Below are positions 18,933 through 28,000 of a stretch of DNA of 56,817 bases, piece after piece. The notes under the pieces were generated by a model, which made no database searches, was not told the DNA's origin, and worked only from the letters and a program-made list of their open reading frames with translations. Within the stretch, counting starts at the first letter, position 1. Each line of letters opens with the position of its first letter. The translations under genes were made by a program, and so were the position numbers. The stretch is from a virus (taxonomy: Duplodnaviria > Caudoviricetes): the IMG/VR virus record IMGVR_UViG_3300046822_000346, positions 1 through 56,817 of that record. One strand, given 5' to 3'.

Positions 18933-19163
18933 ATGACACACTTCGACAACAGCTGGATGACACCGGCGGCGCGGAGGGTCTGGCAGCAGATCGAGGACGG
19001 CGCGGTGTTCGTAATTTGGAGCGATGCGATGGGCGTAGGCGCGTGTAGCATCGAAGTGAACGGTGTGGACGTGCCAGTGAAGAAGAATGTGGGACAGCAG
19101 ATTCCAGTGCAGCGCATGATCAAGATCAGCGACAAGCCGCAAAAGTTCGTAGTGCGTAAGTAA
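18933..19163 (+). CDS. cassette hypothetical protein
   Basis: Own promoter and GGAGG RBS. Confidence 0.7.
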   Translation: MTHFDNSWMTPAARRVWQQIEDGAVFVIWSDAMGVGACSIEVNGVDVPVKKNVGQQIPVQRMIKISDKPQKFVVRK

Positions 19164-19245
19164 GCAGTTTATATGCCCGGCGTGCTTTTTCAGCACGCCG
19201 GGCATATAATTAAAACATAAGAGTTCGATAGTTTGGAGGCGCACG

Positions 19246-19548
19246 ATGTACAACGCGAAGCAGTCCAAGGCCACGATGCACAAAGTGTACAGCATCCTGC
19301 AACGCGCCGGCGTAGCCAATCAAGTCAGCCTGTATCGCAACGCCAACAACAGTCTCGCGGTCCTGTTCCGCGACGCGCGTCTGGCCGATGCCAGTCCGCT
19401 GCGCAACGAAGTCATGCACGCCGCACTGGCCGCGCTGACCGGCAAAGTCAATGTCATCGCGCGCGTCGATGGCTTCTATCACGCGCTCCATGTTCTGCCG
19501 GCGGACAGCACCGGCCTCGAGTATCGCATCGCAAAAAGCGCACTGTAG
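19246..19548 (+). CDS. cassette hypothetical protein
   Basis: Own promoter and GGAGG RBS. Confidence 0.75.
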   Translation: MYNAKQSKATMHKVYSILQRAGVANQVSLYRNANNSLAVLFRDARLADASPLRNEVMHAALAALTGKVNVIARVDGFYHALHVLPADSTGLEYRIAKSAL

Positions 19549-19561
19549 TTTGGAGAAGCCC

Positions 19562-19759
19562 ATGCCTGGCAAAGATGAGTTCAACGCAGTCGTCCTGTTC
19601 TTCGTCCGCGAACTGGCCAAAGGCAGTAACGGCGAGAACGTGATCAAGTTCCTACAAGCCGTTGAACAAGGACGGCTACAAGCCGCGCGCCTCGACTTCG
19701 AGCTTTATCACGACGCCGATCAAACGATCAACTGTTTCCTGCTAGACATGCTTGACTAG
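19562..19759 (+). CDS. hypothetical protein
   Basis: GTTTGGAGA RBS. Confidence 0.65.
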   Translation: MPGKDEFNAVVLFFVRELAKGSNGENVIKFLQAVEQGRLQAARLDFELYHDADQTINCFLLDMLD

Positions 19760-19919
19760 CATCTGCAAGGTAACGTTCAGAGCCATCCGCGCTCTGAACG
19801 TTACCGCGCACAAACGTTCAGAGCCAATAAAAGCCGCCGAGTCCCGAATCCCGTGCCTTCTCCGCAAATCCCAGGTACAATATCTACAGAGCCTAACGCA
19901 TTCCCCGAGGAGGCACCCG

Positions 19920-20150
19920 ATGCAGGGTCCAATCCAGATTACAGTGTACTCGACCGGCGACTACGCCGCGTTTGATCAGCCCGCATCGGTCGTTGTACAA
20001 GACGGCGAACGATGCCTAGTGTGCGGCCGCACGGTGGGGCCGCGCAGTGAAGTAGCCATTGGCTTCCAGGTGCTGACGCCGCACGGCGCTGGCGTCGTGT
20101 GTTTAGAGGATGCCGACGTACGCGAGTCGGCTGAGGAGTTCCACGCATGA
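19920..20150 (+). CDS. small Zn-finger protein
   Basis: GAGGAGG RBS; CLVCG...C. Confidence 0.65.
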   Translation: MQGPIQITVYSTGDYAAFDQPASVVVQDGERCLVCGRTVGPRSEVAIGFQVLTPHGAGVVCLEDADVRESAEEFHA

Positions 20151-20521
20151 GCAACAACGGCAACGGTTGGGATCCCGTCAAGTTTGATCAGTGGCTGACT
20201 ACGCCGCCGGATGAGGACGAGGATCTAGAGCAGCCGCCTGAACCGGGTATGACCTGGAATCCGGCGCGCGAAGAGTGGTCACACGAACCCCTGACCCACG
20301 ACGAGTGGGAGAGCTTGACGCCTAGCGAACAGGCGTTCTACGAGGAGCCGCTGCAGGACACGTTCGAGGTGGACCTCAAAGACCTCGCCAGGCTCCAGCC
20401 GGACTTCGCAGCCGGCCTACGCGACGAGATCAGCAAGGTATTCCAGGTGCCGGCGCAATTGCTGCAGCCGCGCAATGATAACCAAAGCGTATCCGAAGGA
20501 GGTGGAAGCAAACAAAACTGA
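20147..20521 (+). CDS. acidic hypothetical protein
   Basis: GAGGAG RBS; ATGA overlap. Confidence 0.65.
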   Translation: MSNNGNGWDPVKFDQWLTTPPDEDEDLEQPPEPGMTWNPAREEWSHEPLTHDEWESLTPSEQAFYEEPLQDTFEVDLKDLARLQPDFAAGLRDEISKVFQVPAQLLQPRNDNQSVSEGGGSKQN

Positions 20522-20637
20522 TTCCAAAATTGGCTTGAAACCGGCGTGCCGTATGCCGGTGGATGAGGTACAATATCAATAGAAGCCACGCAAAATGAGT
20601 GCGGGCAGCAGATCAAGCAGTTCGGAGGAACACAGCA

Positions 20638-21450
20638 ATGGCCAAGTCCAAGATTCAGAGCGACGAGATCCAGAGCGACGAGATCGCGGCTGAGAACGAG
20701 GAGCTCAGCGGCTTCGACGACGAGTCCGAGATCGAAGATGACGGCGAGGCGGACGAGGCTGACGACGAAGAGTCCGAAGGCGAAGAGTCCGAAGGCGAAG
20801 AGCCGGCCGAAGAGAGCACCGAGTCCGATGGCGATGAGCAGCCTAAGGCCGCCAAGCGCGGCGGGCGGCCTAAGTTGGAGCGCGACGAGAAGGAGTGCAA
20901 GACGCACCCGCACTACTTCCCAGCCGAGCCGAGCCTGCGGCCGATCGATGAATTCGCCAACGGCGGTAAGCACTCGTACTGCCGCCGCTGCATGAGCCTT
21001 CGCTCGAAGGACGTGCGCGACGCCAAGAACGCGGCCGAGGGCAAGGAGCCACGCGCTCCGAAACAGCCTAAGGCGGCGAAGGAGCCAAAGGAGGCGAAAG
21101 CCTCCACCAGCTCCAAGCGCGGTGGCAAGAAGGCCAAGGTCGAGCCGCAGAACAAGGCGGACCTGACACTCGGCGCCGATCCAGCCGAGAACACTCCGTT
21201 CCTGGTCATCGACAACCATACGCATCAGGCACTGCCCGGCGGCTTCGCATTCCGTGAGTACGAGCTCTTCGGCGACGAGTACGCCCGCGTCCGCGGCGTA
21301 CATTGGACCGACCGCGAAGATGTGACGGCGCAGATGGTCACCTTCCCGCTTGACGCGGTCGTGCCGGCCATGGAGCAGGACGTCGAGCGTGCCGAGTCCG
21401 CTCGCCTGATCCAGATCGCGGCGGCTGAGGCGGAGCCGGTCGAGGCGTAA
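20638..21450 (+). CDS. protein with an Asp/Glu-rich N-terminus, Zn-finger and Lys-rich linker
   Basis: Own promoter, GGAGGA RBS; CKTH...YCRRC; terminator follows. Confidence 0.8.
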   Translation: MAKSKIQSDEIQSDEIAAENEELSGFDDESEIEDDGEADEADDEESEGEESEGEEPAEESTESDGDEQPKAAKRGGRPKLERDEKECKTHPHYFPAEPSLRPIDEFANGGKHSYCRRCMSLRSKDVRDAKNAAEGKEPRAPKQPKAAKEPKEAKASTSSKRGGKKAKVEPQNKADLTLGADPAENTPFLVIDNHTHQALPGGFAFREYELFGDEYARVRGVHWTDREDVTAQMVTFPLDAVVPAMEQDVERAESARLIQIAAAEAEPVEA

Positions 21451-21473
21451 CACCGCACGCGGTTCGAGGCATC

Positions 21474-21511
21474 GAAGCAGCGTTGGATCGTTGGATCCAA
21501 CGCTGCTTTTG
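21474..21511 (+). terminator. intrinsic terminator
   Basis: AAGCAGCGTTGGATC-gttg-GATCCAACGCTGCTT followed by TT. Confidence 0.8.
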
Positions 21512-21780
21512 CTCTCCCGGCTTGATGCGGGATCAAACCTGCACAGAACTGCGATCTGAGACCATAGCGGCATTCGCGCAGAGCTTTGAAAATACGCAGG
21601 TCAAACGGAAATGCAGGCAGATCTGACGGGGCAGCGTAAAATCGCATTGTAGCGCGATGTATTCCAATCCAAGAATATGTACGACCAGTTTTTCTGGCGG
21701 GCTGGATTTATCTGTTGGCTTGGCATATAATTAAAACAAGGGAAGCGGGATGGACCGCAACCCGATCGGAGGTAAGTAAC

Positions 21781-22077
21781 ATGCAACGCAACGATCTCAC
21801 GTGGCTCAGCATCGAGTTGGTCCAGGACTTCGAATTGTACGTGTCCATCTCCCACGAGGGCGAGGACATCAGCGCGCTGGATTGGTTGGACGAAGCGCTC
21901 GAGTACCTCAGCGAGACCTACCACCAAGAAGGTTGGCCGGTCAGCGTCGACGCCGAAGGTCAGATCCAGTTCGACCACGAGGTGGAAATCGCCAAGGAGA
22001 CCATACAGCAGTACGCCGCAGTGCTGGTAGGTGCGTACTTCATCCACCAGCAGTGGAGCGCGTTGTCGGGCGAGTAA
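21781..22077 (+). CDS. cassette acidic hypothetical protein
   Basis: Own promoter and GGAGGT RBS. Confidence 0.75.
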   Translation: MQRNDLTWLSIELVQDFELYVSISHEGEDISALDWLDEALEYLSETYHQEGWPVSVDAEGQIQFDHEVEIAKETIQQYAAVLVGAYFIHQQWSALSGE

Positions 22078-22177
22078 AACCAATTTTGGAAACTGGTGGC
22101 TGCCCGGCGTGCCATCCACCAGTTTCTGGCATATAATTAATTCATAAGAAGGTTCGAGAGTTCAGGAGGCAAAGCAA

Positions 22178-22555
22178 ATGCGGCAGTTCATGAGCAACGA
22201 AGAAAAGCGAGCTTGGCGGGAAGCCGCGCGCACACAGCGCGACACGACTCCAAGCGAGTGGGTCCTGGCCGAAGTCGTTCGCAACAGACATCTGGACGCG
22301 ACGTTCGTGGAAGGCGCGATCGTGTACGCGCGGCGCGAGCAGGACGGTTGGTTGGTAGTACGCGTCACACCAAGCGTGGTACGGCCAACAGATCCAACGT
22401 ACGGAGTCGTAGTCCTGAGCACCGAGGCCAAGGCCAAGTGGAGCCTTAAGTCGATCACACGCAACGGCGAAGTATGGCATCTGGACAAGACTGATGCAGT
22501 GGCCGCAGAGCGCGTTGTCAAAGCGTGGAGAGAAGGAAAACTGGCGGACATGTAG
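22178..22555 (+). CDS. cassette hypothetical protein
   Basis: Own promoter and AGGAGG RBS. Confidence 0.75.
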   Translation: MRQFMSNEEKRAWREAARTQRDTTPSEWVLAEVVRNRHLDATFVEGAIVYARREQDGWLVVRVTPSVVRPTDPTYGVVVLSTEAKAKWSLKSITRNGEVWHLDKTDAVAAERVVKAWREGKLADM

Positions 22556-22565
22556 TCCGCCAGTT
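22535..22565 (-). terminator. terminator of the late (minus-strand) operon
   Basis: AACTGGCGGAC-atgta-GTCCGCCAGTT; T run on the minus strand; between convergent genes. Confidence 0.65.
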
Positions 22566-22580
22566 CCAGGACAAGACGCA

Positions 22581-23063
22581 TTAGCCAAGCCATGACGCGT
22601 CTTGTCCGACCGCCGCAGTTTGTATCGTAGGTTGTTCAGTAGCCGAGGACACGATGTTGGATTTGGCAGCCGGATCGGCTTGTAGCGGTTGCTTTGCCAG
22701 CGTCTGACCGAGCGCACTTGCCGCGCTCTCGATGTCCTTAGCCAGTGGCGTGTCAGTGCTGATGGTCTTGCCGCTACCGCTACCTTTGACGAACAGAAAC
22801 ACAGTGTTGGCGCCAGCAGCTTGGAGCGCGGCTTGGATTCCGTAGCTTGGCAGGTCCTGCGGGTTGAACTGTCCGGTGAAAGCGACGTAGCTGCAGATCA
22901 GCCCCAGGTTGATCACCACGTTGAGCATGCGGATAGCGCTGTTGAGCTGATCGTTGTTCTGCTTGAGTGCTGGGATGTCGGCCAGAAACGGTTTGAGAAA
23001 TGCCAAGATCACGTTGGTGATCAGGATCATCGCCGCCCCGAGGCCGAGGCTGTCGATCGGCAT
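22581..23063 (-). CDS. putative holin
   Basis: Two to three TM segments; next to the lysin candidate. Confidence 0.6.
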   Translation of the reverse strand: MPIDSLGLGAAMILITNVILAFLKPFLADIPALKQNNDQLNSAIRMLNVVINLGLICSYVAFTGQFNPQDLPSYGIQAALQAAGANTVFLFVKGSGSGKTISTDTPLAKDIESAASALGQTLAKQPLQADPAAKSNIVSSATEQPTIQTAAVGQDASWLG

Positions 23064-23075
23064 GCCTGTGTCTTT

Positions 23076-24233
23076 CTAGGCCTTTGGAGCCATGTACTGG
23101 GCCAGGAGCTGCGCGATGTTCTCCAACGCAACTTTGGCATCTTCGGCCTGCTGATCCACCACAGGCGCTACCGGCGCAGGTGTCGGGGCATTAACCACTT
23201 GATCTTGTAGTTCCGACACTTGCGCCTCGAGCTTAGCCACCTGGTCCTGCAGGTTCTGGATGGTGGTCTGATCATCGCTGTGCTGCCGTGCCAACGTGGT
23301 CTTGTCGTTGTTGGCCTGCTGCAGTGCAGCGTTGACGCTCGCAAGCTGTTGCACAGCCGCGGCATCTTCCACCTTGTCCGCGTTGAGGCTGTTCTGCCAC
23401 TGGTCATACAACCAGTGGAGCACTGTCGGCCCATGCGTGTCATCGAGCGCGCCATTGGCCTTGTTGTAGTAGTAGCCGGTACCATCATCCAGCAGCGCAT
23501 AGGCCTCGGTGCTGTTGATGTACGTGTCACTGAACACCACGTTAGCAGACTTGCCATGCTGATGATACAGGTCCAAGAACCCTGATCCCAGCCCTGCGGT
23601 ATTGCCCACGACGACCCCCTGTTTGGGAAATATGGCCAGTAACGCTACTGGCTTGACCGCGGCAATAATGCCGTCCGGATAGTACACTAGCGGTCCCATA
23701 CCGCTAGTAGTGCCCGCGGTGGCGAAGTTGTCGCCATCCATCACCCAGCGGCCGACGGGTAAAGTGGTCTTAGTACGGCCTGAAGCCCCGCCAGGGTTCT
23801 TGCCGTACACCGTGACAATGTGGTAGGCCAGGTTGCGCGCGTTCTCGCCCTTGCCGGACAAGAAGTCTTTGAAGTTCTGGCCGATCGAGGTTTCCAAGAT
23901 CACCACTGCATTGCCGCACGCGTATTGATCCAGGAAAGCGTACACCTGCGAGATGGGCAGCGGGGCGGTGTTCGGGAGGTAGCCCAGTTGCTTGACCTGG
24001 AACTTGTCCGTAGCAAGCATGCTAGCGATCTTGTTGATGTTGGTGATACCATTGGCATCGCACAGGCCACGCGCGTACATGCGAGCGAACATGTCCAGTG
24101 AACGATTACCAGTAATGTTCTGCGTCAGCGTGGCTTCCGCCATAGCCGCTGCGTTGACGCCGCACATGCCGGTCTTGCCACCCTGAAACTCGGTCTCTGC
24201 GTACAAGCGGCCTGGGAAGATCAGATCGCCCAT
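23076..24233 (-). CDS. putative endolysin: C39-like cysteine peptidase with C-terminal coiled coil
   Basis: GMCGVNAAAM, YHIV, MDGD Cys-His-Asp order; lysis-module position. Confidence 0.55.
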   Translation of the reverse strand: MGDLIFPGRLYAETEFQGGKTGMCGVNAAAMAEATLTQNITGNRSLDMFARMYARGLCDANGITNINKIASMLATDKFQVKQLGYLPNTAPLPISQVYAFLDQYACGNAVVILETSIGQNFKDFLSGKGENARNLAYHIVTVYGKNPGGASGRTKTTLPVGRWVMDGDNFATAGTTSGMGPLVYYPDGIIAAVKPVALLAIFPKQGVVVGNTAGLGSGFLDLYHQHGKSANVVFSDTYINSTEAYALLDDGTGYYYNKANGALDDTHGPTVLHWLYDQWQNSLNADKVEDAAAVQQLASVNAALQQANNDKTTLARQHSDDQTTIQNLQDQVAKLEAQVSELQDQVVNAPTPAPVAPVVDQQAEDAKVALENIAQLLAQYMAPKA

Positions 24234-24241
24234 GTTGCCTC

Positions 24242-24703
24242 CTACGGCCTCCAATGACCTATGAGGTATCCAAGCAGTACGCCCAAAGCGACGATACCAC
24301 CCTGGGCTACCCAGTTCTGAAACCGCACCGCGGCCTCTGTACTGCGCTCGTCTACCTTGTCTTTGACGCCACTGGTACTTTGTAGCATCAACACCTGGAG
24401 CTGTGAGATCTTGTCTAAGAGAGCCGAGTGGGCTGCCTCATTCTCTCGGACTAGTTTGAACCTCAACTCCTCCTGTGCCCGCAACGCTTCACTGTGCTGG
24501 TCAACAGCCGCCTTGATGTTAGTATCGTTGGTAGCTAGCACCTGAGTGGTCACGGCCAGCGCCTGTACCTGTTCGATTGTGCGACTCACCACCTCTGTGA
24601 GCGATTGTACGCTCGCATTGGTCCCCTCGATCATCTGGATCATGATGTCATTGCTGGGGGCTTTTCGAGGCATTGCAGTACTAGAGCGGGTAGCAGCTGG
24701 CAT
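24242..24703 (-). CDS. coiled-coil protein with C-terminal TM (lysis accessory)
   Basis: GGAGG RBS; IVALGVLLGYLIG. Confidence 0.55.
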   Translation of the reverse strand: MPAATRSSTAMPRKAPSNDIMIQMIEGTNASVQSLTEVVSRTIEQVQALAVTTQVLATNDTNIKAAVDQHSEALRAQEELRFKLVRENEAAHSALLDKISQLQVLMLQSTSGVKDKVDERSTEAAVRFQNWVAQGGIVALGVLLGYLIGHWRP

Positions 24704-24721
24704 GTCTCGTCAAAACCTCCT

Positions 24722-25009
24722 CTACAAGATACCAGACGTGTACACGAAAAACGAGCCTTCCGAGGCACCACCAATGGATGGCAAACTAGTGAAACCTGCC
24801 GCTGCCGCACGCCAGGTGTACAGGCCGGGTAACGTGGGCGTATAGTCCACATGATACTCACCCGTTGCATCATGCGCGACAGTAAGCGCGGTAATAGATC
24901 CATCGGGAGCCGCGAGTGTAAACGTAGCCGTGACCGGATCCTGCGACACGGCGTTGACAGCAAACACTGCCTGAAGCCGCACGGTAGTCCCGATCATGTA
25001 GGTATTCAT
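24722..25009 (-). CDS. small Ig/BppU-like virion protein
   Basis: G.TVRL..F...DP...PDG...TGEY..Y.P..PG pattern. Confidence 0.55.
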   Translation of the reverse strand: MNTYMIGTTVRLQAVFAVNAVSQDPVTATFTLAAPDGSITALTVAHDATGEYHVDYTPTLPGLYTWRAAAAGFTSLPSIGGASEGSFFVYTSGIL

Positions 25010-25011
25010 GT

Positions 25012-28000
25012 CTACGACCCCTCGAGATCGCTGATGATGACAACAACGGGCGCACTGTCCGTTTGTATAATGGAGACAATGTACGAGGCGATAGGCGCGG
25101 TAGCCTGAGGACGCCCTAGACCCGGGAAGACGACTGAGGCGGTCTGGTGTGCAACAGCTCCCACAACCAAAAACCCGCGGCCGGGTAAGTGCGCTATTCT
25201 CAAGTATAGTACCACATCTGTTGCATGAAGTGCACCGTGCCCGGGAAGAGTGACACTCGCCACATTGACCAGCGACTGAGTCGCTGTTACTCGTGCCTGG
25301 GCCTTGAATGTTACCTGCCCGCGCTGTGCCAGGGTATTGACCGCTATTACGCGACCTTGGCTCTTAAATGTGGCGGCCCCAGCCAATACTTGGACGCCTG
25401 ATACCACTAGACCTGCTTGACCATGCAGCGTCGCAGCGCGATTCCACGTGCTCACACCGATCACGCTGAGTGAGCCATGCCCAATCAATGTAGCCGTGCG
25501 GTTGTAAGTCAAGAACACGGTCGCCGTAATACGGCCTTGGCCTACGACAGTGGCACTACGGAAGAGCCCCGCAATCGCTGTCGCCAAGACACGGCCTTGG
25601 CCTATCATTATGGCTGGTGCGTAGTTGATCAGCGATACGCCGGTAACCAAGAGCTTGCCTTGGCCATGCAGGGTTGCCGCGCGCGGGTAGGACGTGGCAC
25701 CTGTGGCGAGCAACTTGCCGTGCGACTGGAAGGGAGCCGAGGCAATATTGACCAGGGTCTCATGCGCCGTCATTGCGCCTTGGCCGTGTAGTGTTGCGGC
25801 TTTGTTCCAAGTTACCGCGCCACTGGCAACGAGCTTGCCTTGACCGTGAATAGTGACTGCGCCACTTAGTACGCCCGGCACTACGACCATGGACCCATTG
25901 TTACGCTGTCCGGTGATCGCGCCAGTCGCCACCACGTCGAAGTAGAGCTGTACGTACAACGTGGTATTGGCACTGTCGTTGTAGTAGCGGAAGTCTTGTC
26001 CGGCTACTAGCTGCGCGCCGTTGAACTTGATGATTGGGAAGCCGCCGGTCCAATTGGTAATCTTGAACCGCGGCTTATATCGCGCGGTCACGTGGGTCGG
26101 CGTCAGGTCCAGAGTCGTCGTCAGCAGACTGCCTGCAGCCGCGGCGTACACGTACGAGATTTCATCGTAGGAGAACGCGATGAACGTTCCGGTTGCCGCA
26201 CTCGGCGTACCTGGGGCAATATAGTCTGCAGCAATGGCGCGAGCGTCGGCGGCTACCAGATTGCGGCGCATCGCGCGCAACAGATACACAGTCTGCGTGA
26301 CCGAGGCTGGCCAGGTATTCGAGGCAACAGAGGCCTGTACCTTAAGCTTGAGGCGCGTCGCGTTTTGTAGGTATTGGACCTGAGCACTCGACCAGACCGG
26401 CGCGGAATACGCCGAGACAGCCTTCTGTTTTGCTGTCACCCAGCCGATCGCAATGCCACTCCCGGCCGCGGGTACCATGTAGGCATAGTCGGGGTCGATG
26501 GTAGTGAGGCCGGATGGCCAGGGGGTCTGATCGGTTCCAGCCAACGTACCGTAGCCGCCGTTAGCTGTTTGCCACGTAGCGTCAACTTGCTGCAGACTCC
26601 CGATCAGCGCAATCTCGATTGCATCGCTCGAGGCCATACTTACTGGCGATGCACTTGGGTTGACCATGTCGAAGCGATACGCTATCAGACCCGGATCGCC
26701 TGGATAGATACAGGCGTAACCAACCCAGTTGAACCCGTCCTCGTCAGGGCCGAAGGAGCACTGATAGTAGCGGCGATAGCCGGTACCGGTTGGGCCGAGT
26801 TCCGTCATGGTGAACGGAAAGTCTTCGGAGCCACCGAATGTACCATTGGCAATCTGCTCGTGCAGATGGATACCGCCGCCAGAAAGCGTAGTAGCCAACG
26901 TATGCTGGTTATTGGAGAACGCGTTCCCGTCTACCTCGTACCAGGACGAGATCGGCATACCGCCGTACGTCGGGATCAAACCCATCGACCAGCCGCCGCC
27001 AGAACCGTCGGTATAAATGACATCGGTCTCTGTACCCGAGCCTGCACCGTTGGTGCTGTTAGCCCAAGTCTGGGAACGTGTCGAGACAGCTAAGTCGCCA
27101 ATACCCGTGCCGGGCAAATACATGATGGCTTCGAAGTTACCGTGACCGCGTATAGTTGCCGCGCCGGCAATAATTTGGATGCCGGCTCCGCTAATCTTAC
27201 CGTGTCCGGGAATGATACCGCCGCCGATACCGCTAATACTTCCCGCTGCCGTGATATCGCCTTGGCCAGTAATGGTCGCAGCGCCGGTATAGGTGGAAGC
27301 AAGCGTAATAGTGTTGTCGAACTCTAGGGCGTACGGACTGGAGGCGCTACGTTGGTAGAGCAGGGGCACATATCCCGACAACGCATCGTTCACCACCACG
27401 TGCGGAAAAGCGTTATCGTTAGCCGTATTACCGGTGAGATTGGTGACGCCACTAGCCGATGTGTAGGGACTAACTAACGTGACATACTCCACGTCGCTCG
27501 CGGCGCCTTGTACACCCGTAGCCCAAAATATGTAGACTTTGGGAGTCGCCTGGGAATCTAGAGCAATGGCAGGCTGCAGCGCTGCAGCCGCGCCGCTGTC
27601 CAGTGACAATGGGGTGCTCGGGGTGCCCAGGGTGGTCGTAGTATAAGTCACTGTCACGTAGTAAGGATTAGTGCTGACCAGAGCATTCGCATACACCACG
27701 TGGATACGTTTATTGGCTGTATCTATAGCGGCCGATAATATCGCGCTGCCTACGTTGATAGCCGTCGCACCTGTGAGGTTGGTAGCGGCACTCCAGTTGG
27801 CTATCGCAGGAGACGAGCTATCCGGCAATACGCGTGCGTACAGAGTATCGTTGTGCAGCGAGTACACGGCGATAGTGCACCCATTGACATCGTCGTGGCG
27901 TAAGAGCGGGTAGCAGTGCGAGCCGAGATTGCCGCCATCGAGTATGGCTAAAGCTGTCCAACCAGAGTTTCCGGCTTTGGTGGTAGTGTAGGAAACGATG

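Larger units (their letters stand above)
13811..22145. repeat. dispersed promoter/operator repeat: 13 exact GGCATATAAT copies plus 2 TACAAT variants
   Basis: -10 hexamer at 13817(-), 14569(-), 14847, 15224, 15751, 16438, 16849, 17294, 17975, 18875, 19205, 21726, 22132; TACAAT variants at 19876 and 20569; most carry CCGGCGTGCC about 17 nt upstream and AAAAYTGG further upstream. Confidence 0.9.

Noticed and set aside
20338-21573. Long antisense ORFs (also 51575-52546, 41008-42033, 34255-35124, 6234-7070)
   Set aside because: They are shadows of GC-rich genes with clear motifs or RBSs on the other strand.
13811-22145. Repeat array as a CRISPR array
   Set aside because: Spacers are 300-1100 bp coding genes, the repeats are degenerate and promoter-shaped, and no cas genes are present.
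13811-22145. Integron attC cassette array
   Set aside because: No tyrosine recombinase and no consistent RYYYAAC/GTTRRRY ends; cassettes carry their own promoters.
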